A stretch of DNA of 54,964 bases from positions 1 through 54,964 of the forward strand of contig PSPG01000011.1 of assembly GCA_003193925.1 (NCBI GenBank), given 5' to 3'. The notes under the pieces were generated by a model. It was given only the letters and a program-made list of their open reading frames with translations, was not told where the DNA came from and ran no database searches. The stretch comes from Candidatus Thalassarchaeum betae. GTDB lineage: Archaea; Thermoplasmatota; Poseidoniia; Poseidoniales; Thalassarchaeaceae. Both the position numbers and the translations under genes were made by a program. The first letter of the stretch is position 1. Each line of letters opens with the position of its first letter. Of the stretch, positions 19,984 through 30,185 are shown piece after piece.

Positions 19984-20532
19984 GTGACCGAGGTCGAACC
20001 GCCCAGGCTCTCCGTACTCAGGCTGGGCCACAGGCGCGAGCGCGACAAGCGCATCACATCGCACCTCGGGCTCACTGCCCGCGCCTTCGGCGCGGACGAA
20101 GTGATTCTGGCCGGCGAGGAGGACCCCTCGGCGCTGGAGACCTGGAACTCCGTCGCCGAGAGGTTCGGAGGCGAGTTCGAGTGCCGTTTCGAGGCCAAGC
20201 CGATGAGCTGGCTGCGACGTTTCTCGAAGAGCGGTACCATCGTCCACCTCACGATGTACGGCGAGCCATGGAACGAGGCCATCGCCGGGATTCCCACCGA
20301 CAGCCCGACGGTGGTCGTGGTGGGCGGGACGAAGGTCCCGGGAGAGCTGTTCCGCATGGCGGACCACAACGTGGCGGTAGGCAACCAGCCGCATTCCGAA
20401 GTCGCCGCGCTCGCAGTGTTCCTGGAGTCCTGGCTCGGGCCGGTCGACGACTCCAGCAGGTTCACTGGAGGGCAGATAGAGGTCGTCCCGAGCGAGCGGG
20501 GCAAGAGGGTCTTGAACCGGGAAGAGGATTGA
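19984..20532 (+). CDS. trm56: tRNA (cytidine(56)-2'-O)-methyltransferase (archaeal Trm56)
   Basis: LRLGHRRERDKRITSHLGLTARAFGAD, VHLTMYGE, GGTKVP, VGNQPHSEVAALAVFL. GTG start is inferred. Confidence 0.95.
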   Translation: MTEVEPPRLSVLRLGHRRERDKRITSHLGLTARAFGADEVILAGEEDPSALETWNSVAERFGGEFECRFEAKPMSWLRRFSKSGTIVHLTMYGEPWNEAIAGIPTDSPTVVVVGGTKVPGELFRMADHNVAVGNQPHSEVAALAVFLESWLGPVDDSSRFTGGQIEVVPSERGKRVLNREED

Positions 20533-20604
20533 ACGACCGCCGGTGAATCGAATTCGCTCATTTCACTCTCAAGGATTAAGAGGGGCACTCCAGCAGGATT
20601 GCCG

Positions 20605-21948
20605 ATGTCGGGCGCGTCACCGACCCGGGGCTTTGTCCCCGGCGCTGGCGTACCGGGTGCGCAGAACGTTCCCTCCTTCGCTGATGCAGCCGACCTCCTT
20701 CTGGACTCGACCGAGCGCCAGCAGGCGAGCGGCGCACCGGGCCTTCTGTTGCTGGCGGACGGCACGAGGTACGAGGGCAGGCTGTTCGGTTCAGAGGGGA
20801 TCTCTCAAGGCGAGTTGGTCTTCACCACGGGTATGTGCGGCTACCAAGAGAGCCTGACTGACCCGTCCTTCGCAGGACAGGTTCTGAGTTTCACCTGGCC
20901 GTTGTTGGGGAACTACGGCATCCTTCCCGGCATCTCAGAGTCCGCGGGCGTCCATCCCCGCGGAGTAATCTGCAGGGAGATGATCAAGACCCCGGACCAC
21001 CGAGATTCAGTGGGAAGCGTGCACGACTTTCTCGCCGCCCACGGCGTGCCTGGAATCGAGGGCATAGACACCCGCGCGCTCACGCGCAGGGTGCGCGAGC
21101 ACGGCACCGTACTCTGCGTCTTCGGGCCCAAGGAGCGCTCGGGCGAGATGAAGGAGATTCTCTCAGGCATGATGCCACCCGACGCCGACGACCTAGTGGC
21201 CTCGGTGACTTGCGAGGAGGCAGTGCTGCTCAACCCGGGTGCCCAAGATGGCGAGGGCGACCCACTGCCCCGGCTCGCCGCCATCGACTGCGGCATCAAG
21301 TACAACATCATGCGCGAGCTGTGCCGGCGCTTCGAGGTGGTCTGGTGCCCGGCTTCGCTCGACTTCGACTCCATCGTCTCCGAGTGGCATCCCGATGCCT
21401 TGTTCGCATCCAACGGGCCGGGCGACCCGGCCCACTCGGGCGATGCCGCCTGCGCGCGGGACTCACTGGCAGCCGCAGTGCGCGCGGATATGCCGGTGAT
21501 GGGCATCTGTCTCGGCCACCAGCTGATGGGACTGGCGGCAGGCCTGCGCACCTACAAACTGCGATACGGCCACAGGGGCGCGAACCAACCGGTCGTCGAC
21601 CTGCGGAGCGGCAGGGTGCTCATCACCAGCCAGAACCACGGCTACGCCGTGGAGGATCCCGACAAGGGCATGCTGGCCCCCCATCCGAGCGGGGCGCGCT
21701 CCGAGATCGGCGAGAACGTCCTCGAAGCGGACTTCGAGGTGCGCCACATCAACGCCAACGACCGCACCGTCGAGGGGCTCGACCTCGTCGGCAAGCCCGC
21801 CTTCACTATCCAGTTCCACCCCGAGGCCTGCCCCGGCCCACATGATGCATCACCGCTCTTCGACAGATTCTCCGAGATGGTCGCCGAGCACCTCGTGGGC
21901 GAGCAGAGGGCGCTGGTCCGGGGGGTGAGCACTGATGCCCCGCCGTGA
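20605..21948 (+). CDS. carA: Carbamoyl-phosphate synthase small subunit
   Basis: GELVFTTGMCGYQESLTDPSF, GIDTRAL, SNGPGDP, GICLGHQ, TSQNHGY, QFHPEACPGPHD. Confidence 0.97.
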   Translation: MSGASPTRGFVPGAGVPGAQNVPSFADAADLLLDSTERQQASGAPGLLLLADGTRYEGRLFGSEGISQGELVFTTGMCGYQESLTDPSFAGQVLSFTWPLLGNYGILPGISESAGVHPRGVICREMIKTPDHRDSVGSVHDFLAAHGVPGIEGIDTRALTRRVREHGTVLCVFGPKERSGEMKEILSGMMPPDADDLVASVTCEEAVLLNPGAQDGEGDPLPRLAAIDCGIKYNIMRELCRRFEVVWCPASLDFDSIVSEWHPDALFASNGPGDPAHSGDAACARDSLAAAVRADMPVMGICLGHQLMGLAAGLRTYKLRYGHRGANQPVVDLRSGRVLITSQNHGYAVEDPDKGMLAPHPSGARSEIGENVLEADFEVRHINANDRTVEGLDLVGKPAFTIQFHPEACPGPHDASPLFDRFSEMVAEHLVGEQRALVRGVSTDAPP

Positions 21949-24900
21949 CGACATCAAGAAGGTGGTAATCCTGGGCAGCGGTCCGATACGCATCGGCCAG
22001 GCTGCCGAGTTCGACTTCTCCGGCTCGCAGGCCTGCAGGGCGCTGCGCGCCGACGGCTACGAGATAGTCCTAGTCAACTCCAACCCGGCGACCATACAGA
22101 ACGACCCGGAGATGGCAGATCACATCTACATCGAGCCGCTCTTGCCAGAATTCGTCAAGCGCATCATGGAGATCGAGAAGCCCGACGCCCTGCTAGCTGG
22201 GATGGGCGGGCAGACGGCGCTTAACATCGCCTCGGCTCTCGCCCGCGACGGCTCGCTGGACGAGTTGGGCGTCGAGCTCATCGGATGCAACCTCGCCGCG
22301 ATCGACGAGGCGGAGGACCGCGACCTGTTCAAGAAGGTCTGCGAGGAGATTGGCCTGCCGGTCTGTAAGGCCAAGGCGTGCGACTCGATCGAGCAGGTTC
22401 TCGCCTCCGCCGACGAGCTGGGCGGCTTCCCGCTGCTGATACGCCCTGCCTTCACCCTAGGCGGCTTGGGCGGCGGGACGGCTTACAACACCGGCGAGTT
22501 GGTCGAGATAGCGAGTCAGGGCATACTGCACTCAGCGATTGGGCAGGTGCTAATCGAGGAGAGCATACTGGGATGGCAGGAGCACGAGTACGAGGTCATA
22601 CGCGACGGCGCTGACAACGTCATCATCGTGTGCACCATGGAGAACCTCGACCCGATGGGGGTCCACACCGGCGAGTCGGTGGTGGTCGCACCCCAGCAGA
22701 CTCTCTCGGATCAGGACCACCAGATGCTGCGTGACGCGGCTCTCAAGCTCATCAGGAGGCTGAACATCAGGGGTGGATGCAACGTCCAGTTCGGAGTGCA
22801 GCAGTCCACAGGCGAGTACCGCGTCATCGAGGTCAACCCCCGGGTCTCGCGCTCATCCGCTCTCGCCTCCAAGGCCACTGGCTACCCGATCGCTCGCATT
22901 GCCGCGCTCATCGCAGTCGGCTACACTCTCGACGAGCTGCCCAACCCGATCACCGGCGAGGGCACCACCGCAGCCTTCGAGCCGACCCTAGACTACTGCG
23001 TGGTCAAGATGCCGCGCTGGCCCTTCGACAAGTTCCGCACCGCCGACCGCACCATCGGGACCTCGATGAAGTCGACAGGCGAGGTGATGGCGATAGGGCG
23101 CTGCTTCGAGGAGGCCTTCCTCAAGGCGTGGGCGAGCTTGGAGTACGGCCAGCCGCACCCGAGGCCGCTGACGATGGCCGACGCCTCGGGGGGCGAGTCG
23201 ATGGACGAGCGGGCCTTCGAACCACTCCCCGAGGCCCTTCTAGAGGATTGGCTGAGGGTGCCCACCGACAGGCGCATGGGCGCGCTGTTCGAGGCCTTCC
23301 GGCGCGGCTACTCGGTCGAGGACGTGCGCGACATGTCGGGTGGCATCACCAGGTGGTTCCTGCACCGCTTCGAGAACATGGCCGCCATCGAGACGGAGAT
23401 CCGCGCGGCTGGCGAGATCGGTCTGCCTCCCGCTGAGGTGCCCGAGGCTGAGATGAGGCTTTGGAAGGGCGCGGGATTCACCGACCTGCACATCGCTGAT
23501 GCGCTGGCCGGATTCCCGGCGAGCGGGCCCAAGCAGCTCCCGGTAGGAGCCGACGAGTTCGCGGTCACCGCCAGGCGCCACGAGCTCGGGATCCACCCGG
23601 TCTTCCGCATGGTCGACTCGTGCGCCGCTGAGTTCGCCGCGGTCACCCCCTACTACTACGCGACCTACGAGGGGGGCTCGGCGCCGAGCGGAATAGACTA
23701 CGTGCCCGACATCAACGAGTCGCTCAAGCAGAGGATAGTGGTCATCGGCTCGGGCCCCATCAGGATAGGCCAGGGAATCGAGTTCGACTACGGCTGCGTC
23801 CATGCGGTGGGCGCGATTCGCGATATGGGTCACGAGGCCATCATCATCAACAACAACCCGGAGACGGTATCGACCGACTTCGACACCAGCGACAGACTGT
23901 ACTTCGACCCACTGACTCTCGAGTCCGTGTCCGAGGTGCTGCTCAGGGAGAAGGCGCACGGGATACTGCTGCAATTCGGCGGCCAGACCGCGATCAACCT
24001 CGCTCTGCCTCTAGCGGACAACCTAACCTACCTCTCCTCGCTCGGGCTCCACCTGATCATGGAGGGGACCTCGCCGGACGCCGTCGACGAGGCGAGCGAC
24101 CGAGAGCGCTTCGTGGCCTTCGCCGCGCGCAACGGCCTTAGGATGCCACGCGGTTCGACTGCCACCACCCCAGACGAGGTCAGGCACGCGGCGCACGAGA
24201 TCGGCTACCCGGTGCTGATCCGACCGTCCTACGTGCTCGGGGGAAGGGGCATGGAGATTCTGTCCAACAACAAGCAGCTGGAGGCCTACATGGAGGAGGC
24301 CTACCTCGCCCCGGACCGGCCTCTGCTCATCGACGAGTACCTCGGAAACGCCACCGAACTCGACGTCGATGCGGTGTGCGACGGCGATAGCGTGCTCATC
24401 GGCGCGATAATGGAGCACTTGGAGGAGGCAGGGATCCACTCAGGGGACTCAACCTGCTTCATCCCGCCGCAGAACGTCCCCGCGCACGTGCTCGCCGAGG
24501 TCGAGGACTGGACGAGGCGAATCGGCATCGAACTTGGCATCAAGGGCTGCTTCAACATCCAGTACGCGATCCGCGACGAGGTCCTGCATGTCTTGGAGGT
24601 CAACCCGAGGGGCTCGCGCACTTTCCCCTTCGTGGCCAAGGCCACCGGCGTTCCTCTGGCTAGGATAGCGGCTAGGCTCGCTCTGGGCGAGAAGCTCAGC
24701 GAGCTCAACGTGCCCGAGCCGCAGACCGAGGCCGTCTGCGTCAAGGCCCCGGTGTTCCCATTCATCAAGCTGCGAGGCCTCGACCCGGCGCCTGGGCCCG
24801 AGATGAAGTCCACGGGCGAGGTGATGGGCTCGCACGCCAGACCCGCGGCGGCCTACCTGAAAGCAAGGCTCGCCACCGAGCTGCCAGTACCAACCGAGGG

Positions 24901-25300
24901 CGGCGTCTACATCACTGTCAAGGACGCCGACAAGCTCGCCATCATCGACGAGGCTCGCAGGCTGCAGGACATGGGATTCACACTGTATGCCACCCGCGGC
25001 ACCGCCCACGTGCTGCGCGACGTCGGCGGGCTGGACGTCCAGACCTGCTACAGGATAGCCGAGCGTCGCACGCCCGACGCGCTGGACCTGATGCGCCAGG
25101 GCAAGATTCACCTCGTCATCAACACGCCGCGCTTGACGGGAGGGGCGGTGCTCGACGGGAACATGATGCGCAGGCTCGCCGTCGAACTCAACATCCCCTT
25201 CGTAACCACCATGGCAGGAGCTCACATGGAGGTCGAGGCCATCGATGAGGCGATGAAGGGGATGCCCGAGCCGAGACGATTGGAAATCGGCTCGCTGTAG
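21935..25300 (+). CDS. carB: Carbamoyl-phosphate synthase large subunit
   Basis: MPRRDDIKKVVILGSGPIRIGQAAEFDFSG, two ATP-grasp halves, C-terminal MGS domain. Confidence 0.98.
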   Translation: MPRRDDIKKVVILGSGPIRIGQAAEFDFSGSQACRALRADGYEIVLVNSNPATIQNDPEMADHIYIEPLLPEFVKRIMEIEKPDALLAGMGGQTALNIASALARDGSLDELGVELIGCNLAAIDEAEDRDLFKKVCEEIGLPVCKAKACDSIEQVLASADELGGFPLLIRPAFTLGGLGGGTAYNTGELVEIASQGILHSAIGQVLIEESILGWQEHEYEVIRDGADNVIIVCTMENLDPMGVHTGESVVVAPQQTLSDQDHQMLRDAALKLIRRLNIRGGCNVQFGVQQSTGEYRVIEVNPRVSRSSALASKATGYPIARIAALIAVGYTLDELPNPITGEGTTAAFEPTLDYCVVKMPRWPFDKFRTADRTIGTSMKSTGEVMAIGRCFEEAFLKAWASLEYGQPHPRPLTMADASGGESMDERAFEPLPEALLEDWLRVPTDRRMGALFEAFRRGYSVEDVRDMSGGITRWFLHRFENMAAIETEIRAAGEIGLPPAEVPEAEMRLWKGAGFTDLHIADALAGFPASGPKQLPVGADEFAVTARRHELGIHPVFRMVDSCAAEFAAVTPYYYATYEGGSAPSGIDYVPDINESLKQRIVVIGSGPIRIGQGIEFDYGCVHAVGAIRDMGHEAIIINNNPETVSTDFDTSDRLYFDPLTLESVSEVLLREKAHGILLQFGGQTAINLALPLADNLTYLSSLGLHLIMEGTSPDAVDEASDRERFVAFAARNGLRMPRGSTATTPDEVRHAAHEIGYPVLIRPSYVLGGRGMEILSNNKQLEAYMEEAYLAPDRPLLIDEYLGNATELDVDAVCDGDSVLIGAIMEHLEEAGIHSGDSTCFIPPQNVPAHVLAEVEDWTRRIGIELGIKGCFNIQYAIRDEVLHVLEVNPRGSRTFPFVAKATGVPLARIAARLALGEKLSELNVPEPQTEAVCVKAPVFPFIKLRGLDPAPGPEMKSTGEVMGSHARPAAAYLKARLATELPVPTEGGVYITVKDADKLAIIDEARRLQDMGFTLYATRGTAHVLRDVGGLDVQTCYRIAERRTPDALDLMRQGKIHLVINTPRLTGGAVLDGNMMRRLAVELNIPFVTTMAGAHMEVEAIDEAMKGMPEPRRLEIGSL

Positions 25301-25316
25301 TGAAACAGTCCCTACC

Positions 25317-26894
25317 CTATGTTTCACTGATTAGGGATAGGAGATCTTCCCTCTCCATCTCAGACATTAGTGAGGAAGCCTTGGGGCCGTGGTGCTTGCC
25401 GAGTATGACCCAGTATAGCGCGACGTATGCGTCTCGTCCACCGATTCCTACCTCAGCAGTGGTAGCTCGGATACAGTCCCGTATGGCCGCGTCAGTCCAC
25501 TCACAGTCAGAGAGCGCTCCGCTCAGTGCGGACAGGAACTCTCTGTGCTCGTCAGTCAGGTTCGTCCCCGCCTCGTCACTGATGCCGGACTGCACTTCGA
25601 TCCTAGCTGCATCAGGGAAGTGCGGGCCATCGACCCAGTTGCGCATACGGCGCATGCGACCGGTCAGCGCATCGCTGGGATCTCCGTCAAGGTGTCCCGA
25701 CCTGCGCAGGGAGGCCCAGACGTCATCATCGCTCGACTTAATCTGGGCGAGCATGGCGAGATGACGGAAGGAGACACCGGCAATCGAGGAGGATGGGTCT
25801 GAGCCCCGCTTGATCTGACTGAGTCTGAGCGCGGCGAGTTGGGTGTCTTGGGCCACCTGCTGGCGACGCGTCATCTCCTCGTCCGAGCCGCTCGGGGGAT
25901 TGGCTACCAGACGCTCGTACTCGTCGGCGGTCTGGAACAACGCCGGCCCGGTGTCGAAGTCGATGTGGCGGCCCACCTTGCTACGAGCGATGACGTAACG
26001 CATGATCTCGGGAGGCACCAGTCCCAGAGCGTCCAACGGGCCGACCGTGACTCCAGCGGAACTCGACATCGGCCCCATGCCCTTGAGCTGGATCCACTCA
26101 TAGACCATCTTATGCGGCGGCTGGCCGCCTAGCATCTCGCAGATCGGTATGCCGGTGTCGTAGCTGCCGCCGGCAGCACCGTGGTCCTTGCCAGCGGGCT
26201 CGCAGGTGATGCCGTGGATGCCCCAGCGGGCGGCCCAGTCGATCCTCCAGGGCAGCTTGCCCTGCCCCGTCCTGATGTCGGATGCGCCCTCGACGCCGTG
26301 CCTGTCGACCCAGTGCACGTGAGGGTGCTCGTATCCTGTCACCCTGACTCCGTCGAGGCTGCCGTCGGAGCCGAGCGGGTTGTACGGGAACCAGTCTTCC
26401 GGGACCTCCCGGCCCGAGACCTCCTCGATCACCTCGCTTATCTCGCCCCTCTGCCCGATGGCGGAGTGGGTCTTGTCGGCAAACGCGCCGCTCTCGTAGG
26501 TCTCGTGGTTCATGACGACCTCCGGCTCGACGCCGATCTCCCTGAGCGCCTCGAGGAAAGGGCCGAGGAAGTGCTCGGCGTAGCTGCCGCCATCCGGGTC
26601 GGGCTCGCCATCTGGGCCCGGTGCGGGGATGTAGGCGAGCGGGCAGCCGATGTACTGCTCGTAATTGGGGGCGAGGAAGTCGTAGATACGACGCAGGGGG
26701 TCCATCGAGTCGACGATGAAGATGTGGCGTGAGTCCATCCCCGCGTCGAGACAAGCCCTGTGAATCATCTCTGCAGTGAGGATCTCGCGCAGGTGGCCGA
26801 CGTGGAACTCTCCCGAGGGGGTGATGCCTGAGGCGATGACTTGGGAGTCGCCGCGCTGTTGCAGCGTCTGCGCGGTGTGGTCCGCCCAGTGCAT
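25317..26894 (-). CDS. lysS: Lysine--tRNA ligase, class I
   Basis: MHWAD, SGITPSGEFHVGHLRE, GKLPWRIDW, EPAGKDH, PMSSSAG (KMSKS-like). Confidence 0.95.
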   Translation of the reverse strand: MHWADHTAQTLQQRGDSQVIASGITPSGEFHVGHLREILTAEMIHRACLDAGMDSRHIFIVDSMDPLRRIYDFLAPNYEQYIGCPLAYIPAPGPDGEPDPDGGSYAEHFLGPFLEALREIGVEPEVVMNHETYESGAFADKTHSAIGQRGEISEVIEEVSGREVPEDWFPYNPLGSDGSLDGVRVTGYEHPHVHWVDRHGVEGASDIRTGQGKLPWRIDWAARWGIHGITCEPAGKDHGAAGGSYDTGIPICEMLGGQPPHKMVYEWIQLKGMGPMSSSAGVTVGPLDALGLVPPEIMRYVIARSKVGRHIDFDTGPALFQTADEYERLVANPPSGSDEEMTRRQQVAQDTQLAALRLSQIKRGSDPSSSIAGVSFRHLAMLAQIKSSDDDVWASLRRSGHLDGDPSDALTGRMRRMRNWVDGPHFPDAARIEVQSGISDEAGTNLTDEHREFLSALSGALSDCEWTDAAIRDCIRATTAEVGIGGRDAYVALYWVILGKHHGPKASSLMSEMEREDLLSLISET

Positions 26895-26903
26895 GCAACT
26901 CCC

Positions 26904-27485
26904 TCAGACCGTTACCACTCTGACCAATCCACGGAGGGGCACGCCCTCGAGCTCGTTGTTGTGCGTCTTGTTAGCGAGCACTAGGCAGAGTTTGACGTCA
27001 GCTCCCGCTGACCTGAGGTTCCTGATGGTCTTCCTCATCGTGTCACCGGATGACACGACGTCGTCGATCACGACGACGCGCTTGCCGCCGACACCGGCGA
27101 AGACCCCTGAGAGGTGGCCTCCCTCCTCCTCGCTGATGCTCCTGCTGATAGACAGGTCGAGGTCCATCTGTCCTGCTATAGCCTGTGCGAAGGGGATTCC
27201 GTTGAGGCTGATGCCGACGATGGCGTCGACTTCGTCATCGATCTCCTCATCGATGATGTCTGCGAAGATGTATGCCACAGCCTCGATCCTAGCCGCCTTG
27301 ACCGCAATCGACCTCCAGCCGACTTGGATGTCGGAGGGGCGGTCCTCGGAGGAGACCCCGCTCGAGGACAGCCACTGGATCGTGGTCTGGGACAGCGACA
27401 GCTCGTCCGCTATCTGTTGGGTGTTCAGGCCCTTGTTGCGGTATTCCTCAACCTTGGTCCGAAGCTCATCAACGCTCAGTGGCAT
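26904..27485 (-). CDS. HTH plus PRTase-like protein (PyrE-like, GfcR-type regulator)
   Basis: N-terminal HTH GLNTQQIADELSLSQTTIQWL, DIQVGWRSI, PRPP-loop VVIDDVVSSGDT. Confidence 0.85.
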   Translation of the reverse strand: MPLSVDELRTKVEEYRNKGLNTQQIADELSLSQTTIQWLSSSGVSSEDRPSDIQVGWRSIAVKAARIEAVAYIFADIIDEEIDDEVDAIVGISLNGIPFAQAIAGQMDLDLSISRSISEEEGGHLSGVFAGVGGKRVVVIDDVVSSGDTMRKTIRNLRSAGADVKLCLVLANKTHNNELEGVPLRGLVRVVTV

Positions 27486-27558
27486 CAATTCGCCCCGCCG
27501 CTCGCTCTCTATGAATCCACCGGGGGTGGAATGGGGGAAAAACGCGACTTTAGGGCCG

Positions 27559-28008
27559 CTAGAAGCGGCCGGTGCTGCCGAACCCGCCCTCTCCACGTTC
27601 GGTCTGGCCCAGATCGTCGAAATCGACAACACGGAAACTGACGTTCGGTATCGGCGAAATCAGTATCTGTGCTATCCTCTCGCCAGCCCTCACAGTGTAC
27701 GAATCACCCTCGCCCAGCCAGGTCATCAGCACGAACAGCTCGCCGCGGTAGTCTGCGTCGATGGTGCCTATGCTGTGCGGCAGGATCAGCCCCTTCGAGC
27801 CCAATGAGGAGCGCGCTCGCACCTGTCCCTCGTAGCCGATCGGAATGGCGACGTGGAGGCCGGTGCGCAGCTTCACGCTCTGGCGGAAGGGCACCTCTAC
27901 CTCCTCGAGGGCGTAGAGGTCCCAGCCGGCGGCGTACTCGCTGCCTCGGGTCGGAAGCTTGGCGTCCGGGTGGGTGCGAGCGACTTTGACCTCGAGTTGC
28001 TCGTCCAT
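27559..28008 (-). CDS. dut: dUTP diphosphatase (trimeric)
   Basis: AAGWDL, RSSL, GTIDADYRGE, RIAQ, RGEGGFGSTG. Confidence 0.95.
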   Translation of the reverse strand: MDEQLEVKVARTHPDAKLPTRGSEYAAGWDLYALEEVEVPFRQSVKLRTGLHVAIPIGYEGQVRARSSLGSKGLILPHSIGTIDADYRGELFVLMTWLGEGDSYTVRAGERIAQILISPIPNVSFRVVDFDDLGQTERGEGGFGSTGRF

Positions 28009-28098
28009 GGTTTGCCTGCGCCGTTCCGGTCTTTGACCGTTCGCAAGCGCCCATCGGCGCCCGGTGGGGTGAAAAGGAGGCCATGATTCGGCAGGCCG

Positions 28099-28509
28099 AT
28101 GGCTGACTACGAATACGACGCCCTGCTCGACCGCGCACGCGAGCGCATTCCCAAGGACATCAGCGAACGCTCGCGCTGGACCATGCCCGAGCCTGACATC
28201 CTCATCCAGGGAAGCCAGACCATCCTGCGCAACTTCGCCGACATCGTCAACGCGATGGACCGCGATGCCAACCACGTCTACCAGTTCCTGCTCAACGAAC
28301 TCGGGACCTCAGGCACCCGGGAGCAGGTCCGTGTGATGTTCAAGGGAAGGGTCCCGCCGATGAGGATCAAGGAGAAGTTGGTCGCCTACGTCAAGGCGTT
28401 CATCCTGTGCGACCAGTGCCGAGCGCCCGATACCCGCTTCATCAAGGAGGGGCGCACGACCCTGCTCAAGTGCCAGGCTTGCGGTGCGACTCGCCCGGTC
28501 CGCCTCTGA
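28099..28509 (+). CDS. eif2b: Translation initiation factor 2 beta subunit (aIF-2beta)
   Basis: YDALLDRA, TILRNF, ELGTSG, Zn ribbon CDQCRAPDT...CQACGA. Confidence 0.95.
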   Translation: MADYEYDALLDRARERIPKDISERSRWTMPEPDILIQGSQTILRNFADIVNAMDRDANHVYQFLLNELGTSGTREQVRVMFKGRVPPMRIKEKLVAYVKAFILCDQCRAPDTRFIKEGRTTLLKCQACGATRPVRL

Positions 28510-29532
28510 TCACTGGGGCGAGAAGTCCAGCAGCACCTTGCCGCGGTTCTTTCGGTCGTGGATGTGCATCTGCGCCTCAGCGACCTGCTCGAAGCGCCAT
28601 ACCGAGTCGATGACCGGGTCGATGTCTCCCCTGAGCAGCATGCCAGACAGATCCTCCAGATGGCCGCTGAACACCGACTCGTCGTCCAGCAGCCCCATGT
28701 GGACCCCGAACACCGCCTTGTTGGAACTCATCATCTTGAGCGGGTCGAAACTCGGTGTCGAGAGCCACATCCTGAGTGCCGTCAGCCTCGAGCGCTTGTC
28801 GCCTTTCACTGCGGAGGAGGCGCCGAAGACGTACAGCTTGCCGCCTCGGCGCAGCGCCTTGTAGGAGCGCATCACGTGGCTGCCGCCGACCGGGTCTATG
28901 GCGTGATGCACTCCCTTGCCCCCCGTCATGCTCTTGCAGACCTCGACGAAGTCCTCGGCCTCGCGGTCGACGAAGCGCATGCCGAGAGACTCGACGAACT
29001 CGCGCTTCGGAGCCGACGCGGTGCCCACGATTAGCGAGGTGCCATAGGCCTTGCATATCTGAGCCACCGCGGTGCCAACGCCGCCGGCCGCGTGGTGGAC
29101 GAGGACCGTCTCGCCCCCCGACAGGTTACCCAGGTGGACCAGCATGTGGTAGGCCGTGCCATAGGTGACCGGGATTGCCGCTGCTTGGTCGAAGGACATT
29201 GAGTCCGGCAGTGGGATCACCCTGCTGCCGTCCAGCACGACCTGCTCGGAGTAGCCCCCGAAGCCGGTCATGGCGAGCACGCGGTCGCCGGGGCTGAGTC
29301 CCTCGACCCCCTCGCCCACGTCCATGATCTTCCCCGCGGCCTCGTAGCCGGGTGTGAACGGGTAGTCCGGGTTCGAGCCGTACAGCCCCTGACGCATCAT
29401 CAGGTCTGCGAAGTTGATTCCGGCCCTGTGTACTCGGACCCTGACTTGGCCCGGGCCGGCCACCGGGTCGCTTTCCTCCACTATGCGGATCGAGTCGACC
29501 CCACCGACCCCCGGGTAGACCACCTTGCGCAC
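28510..29532 (-). CDS. MDR-family NADPH:quinone oxidoreductase (VAT-1-like)
   Basis: GINFADLMMRQGLY, PGYEAAG, HHAAGGVGTA, RKNRGKVLL. Confidence 0.9.
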   Translation of the reverse strand: MRKVVYPGVGGVDSIRIVEESDPVAGPGQVRVRVHRAGINFADLMMRQGLYGSNPDYPFTPGYEAAGKIMDVGEGVEGLSPGDRVLAMTGFGGYSEQVVLDGSRVIPLPDSMSFDQAAAIPVTYGTAYHMLVHLGNLSGGETVLVHHAAGGVGTAVAQICKAYGTSLIVGTASAPKREFVESLGMRFVDREAEDFVEVCKSMTGGKGVHHAIDPVGGSHVMRSYKALRRGGKLYVFGASSAVKGDKRSRLTALRMWLSTPSFDPLKMMSSNKAVFGVHMGLLDDESVFSGHLEDLSGMLLRGDIDPVIDSVWRFEQVAEAQMHIHDRKNRGKVLLDFSPQ

Positions 29533-29847
29533 TCAATCACCCATCAGGTAGTCGACGGCGACCTCGCCGCCCTTGAGATGCTCTAGAACCGCCCTCAGGC
29601 CCTTGTCGTCGTCCGGGAGGGTGTACCAGGTGCCCTCCGGGTAGACAACGCAGGAGGGCCCCCTCTCGCAATGGTCCAGACATCCGGACTTGTTGACGCG
29701 GACATCCTCCAGGCCCTCGGCACGAGCAGCACGCTTGAGCCGAGTGAGGATGTCGAGCGAATTCTTCGCAGCACAGCAGCCGCGCGAACTCTCAGGCGGG
29801 CGCTCGTTGGTGCAGACGAAGACGTGCATCCTGAATTGATTGGTCAT
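29533..29847 (-). CDS. Thioredoxin-like [2Fe-2S] ferredoxin
   Basis: HVFVCTNER...CC...RVNKSGCLDHCERGPSCVVYPEGTWY. Confidence 0.92.
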   Translation of the reverse strand: MTNQFRMHVFVCTNERPPESSRGCCAAKNSLDILTRLKRAARAEGLEDVRVNKSGCLDHCERGPSCVVYPEGTWYTLPDDDKGLRAVLEHLKGGEVAVDYLMGD

Positions 29848-29855
29848 GGGACCAC

Positions 29856-30182
29856 CTAGATCCTGTCGAACTTCGCCGCTAGGACGAAATCGGACTCGGT
29901 CAGGCCGTCTATCTTGTGGGTCCATATCGTCGCCTTCACGCGCCCCCAGCCCAACTCGAAGTCGGCGTGGTGGTTCTCAGCCTCGCAGATGGCTCCGGCC
30001 GCGTTGGTGAACCCGAGCGCGGAGGCGAAGTCCGGGAAGGACCAGGTCCGCTCGAGATGGTGCCCGTCAACGACCCTCCAATCGCCATCGAGATGTGGAA
30101 TCAGCTCAGCCTGCTCAGTTGTGGTGAGCGGCGGCACCCCGCCCTCGCAAGGCACGCACCGCTTGGCTGCGAACTCGGACAT
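29856..30182 (-). CDS. Pterin-4-alpha-carbinolamine dehydratase family protein
   Basis: CVPCEGG, FPDFASAL, EAENHHAD, WTHKIDGLTESDFVLAAKFD. Confidence 0.92.
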   Translation of the reverse strand: MSEFAAKRCVPCEGGVPPLTTTEQAELIPHLDGDWRVVDGHHLERTWSFPDFASALGFTNAAGAICEAENHHADFELGWGRVKATIWTHKIDGLTESDFVLAAKFDRI

Positions 30183-30185
30183 GGA

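Noticed and set aside
26776-27807. 343-aa plus-strand ORF
   Set aside because: Antisense shadow of lysS, the GfcR-like gene and dut; Ser-rich and without motifs.
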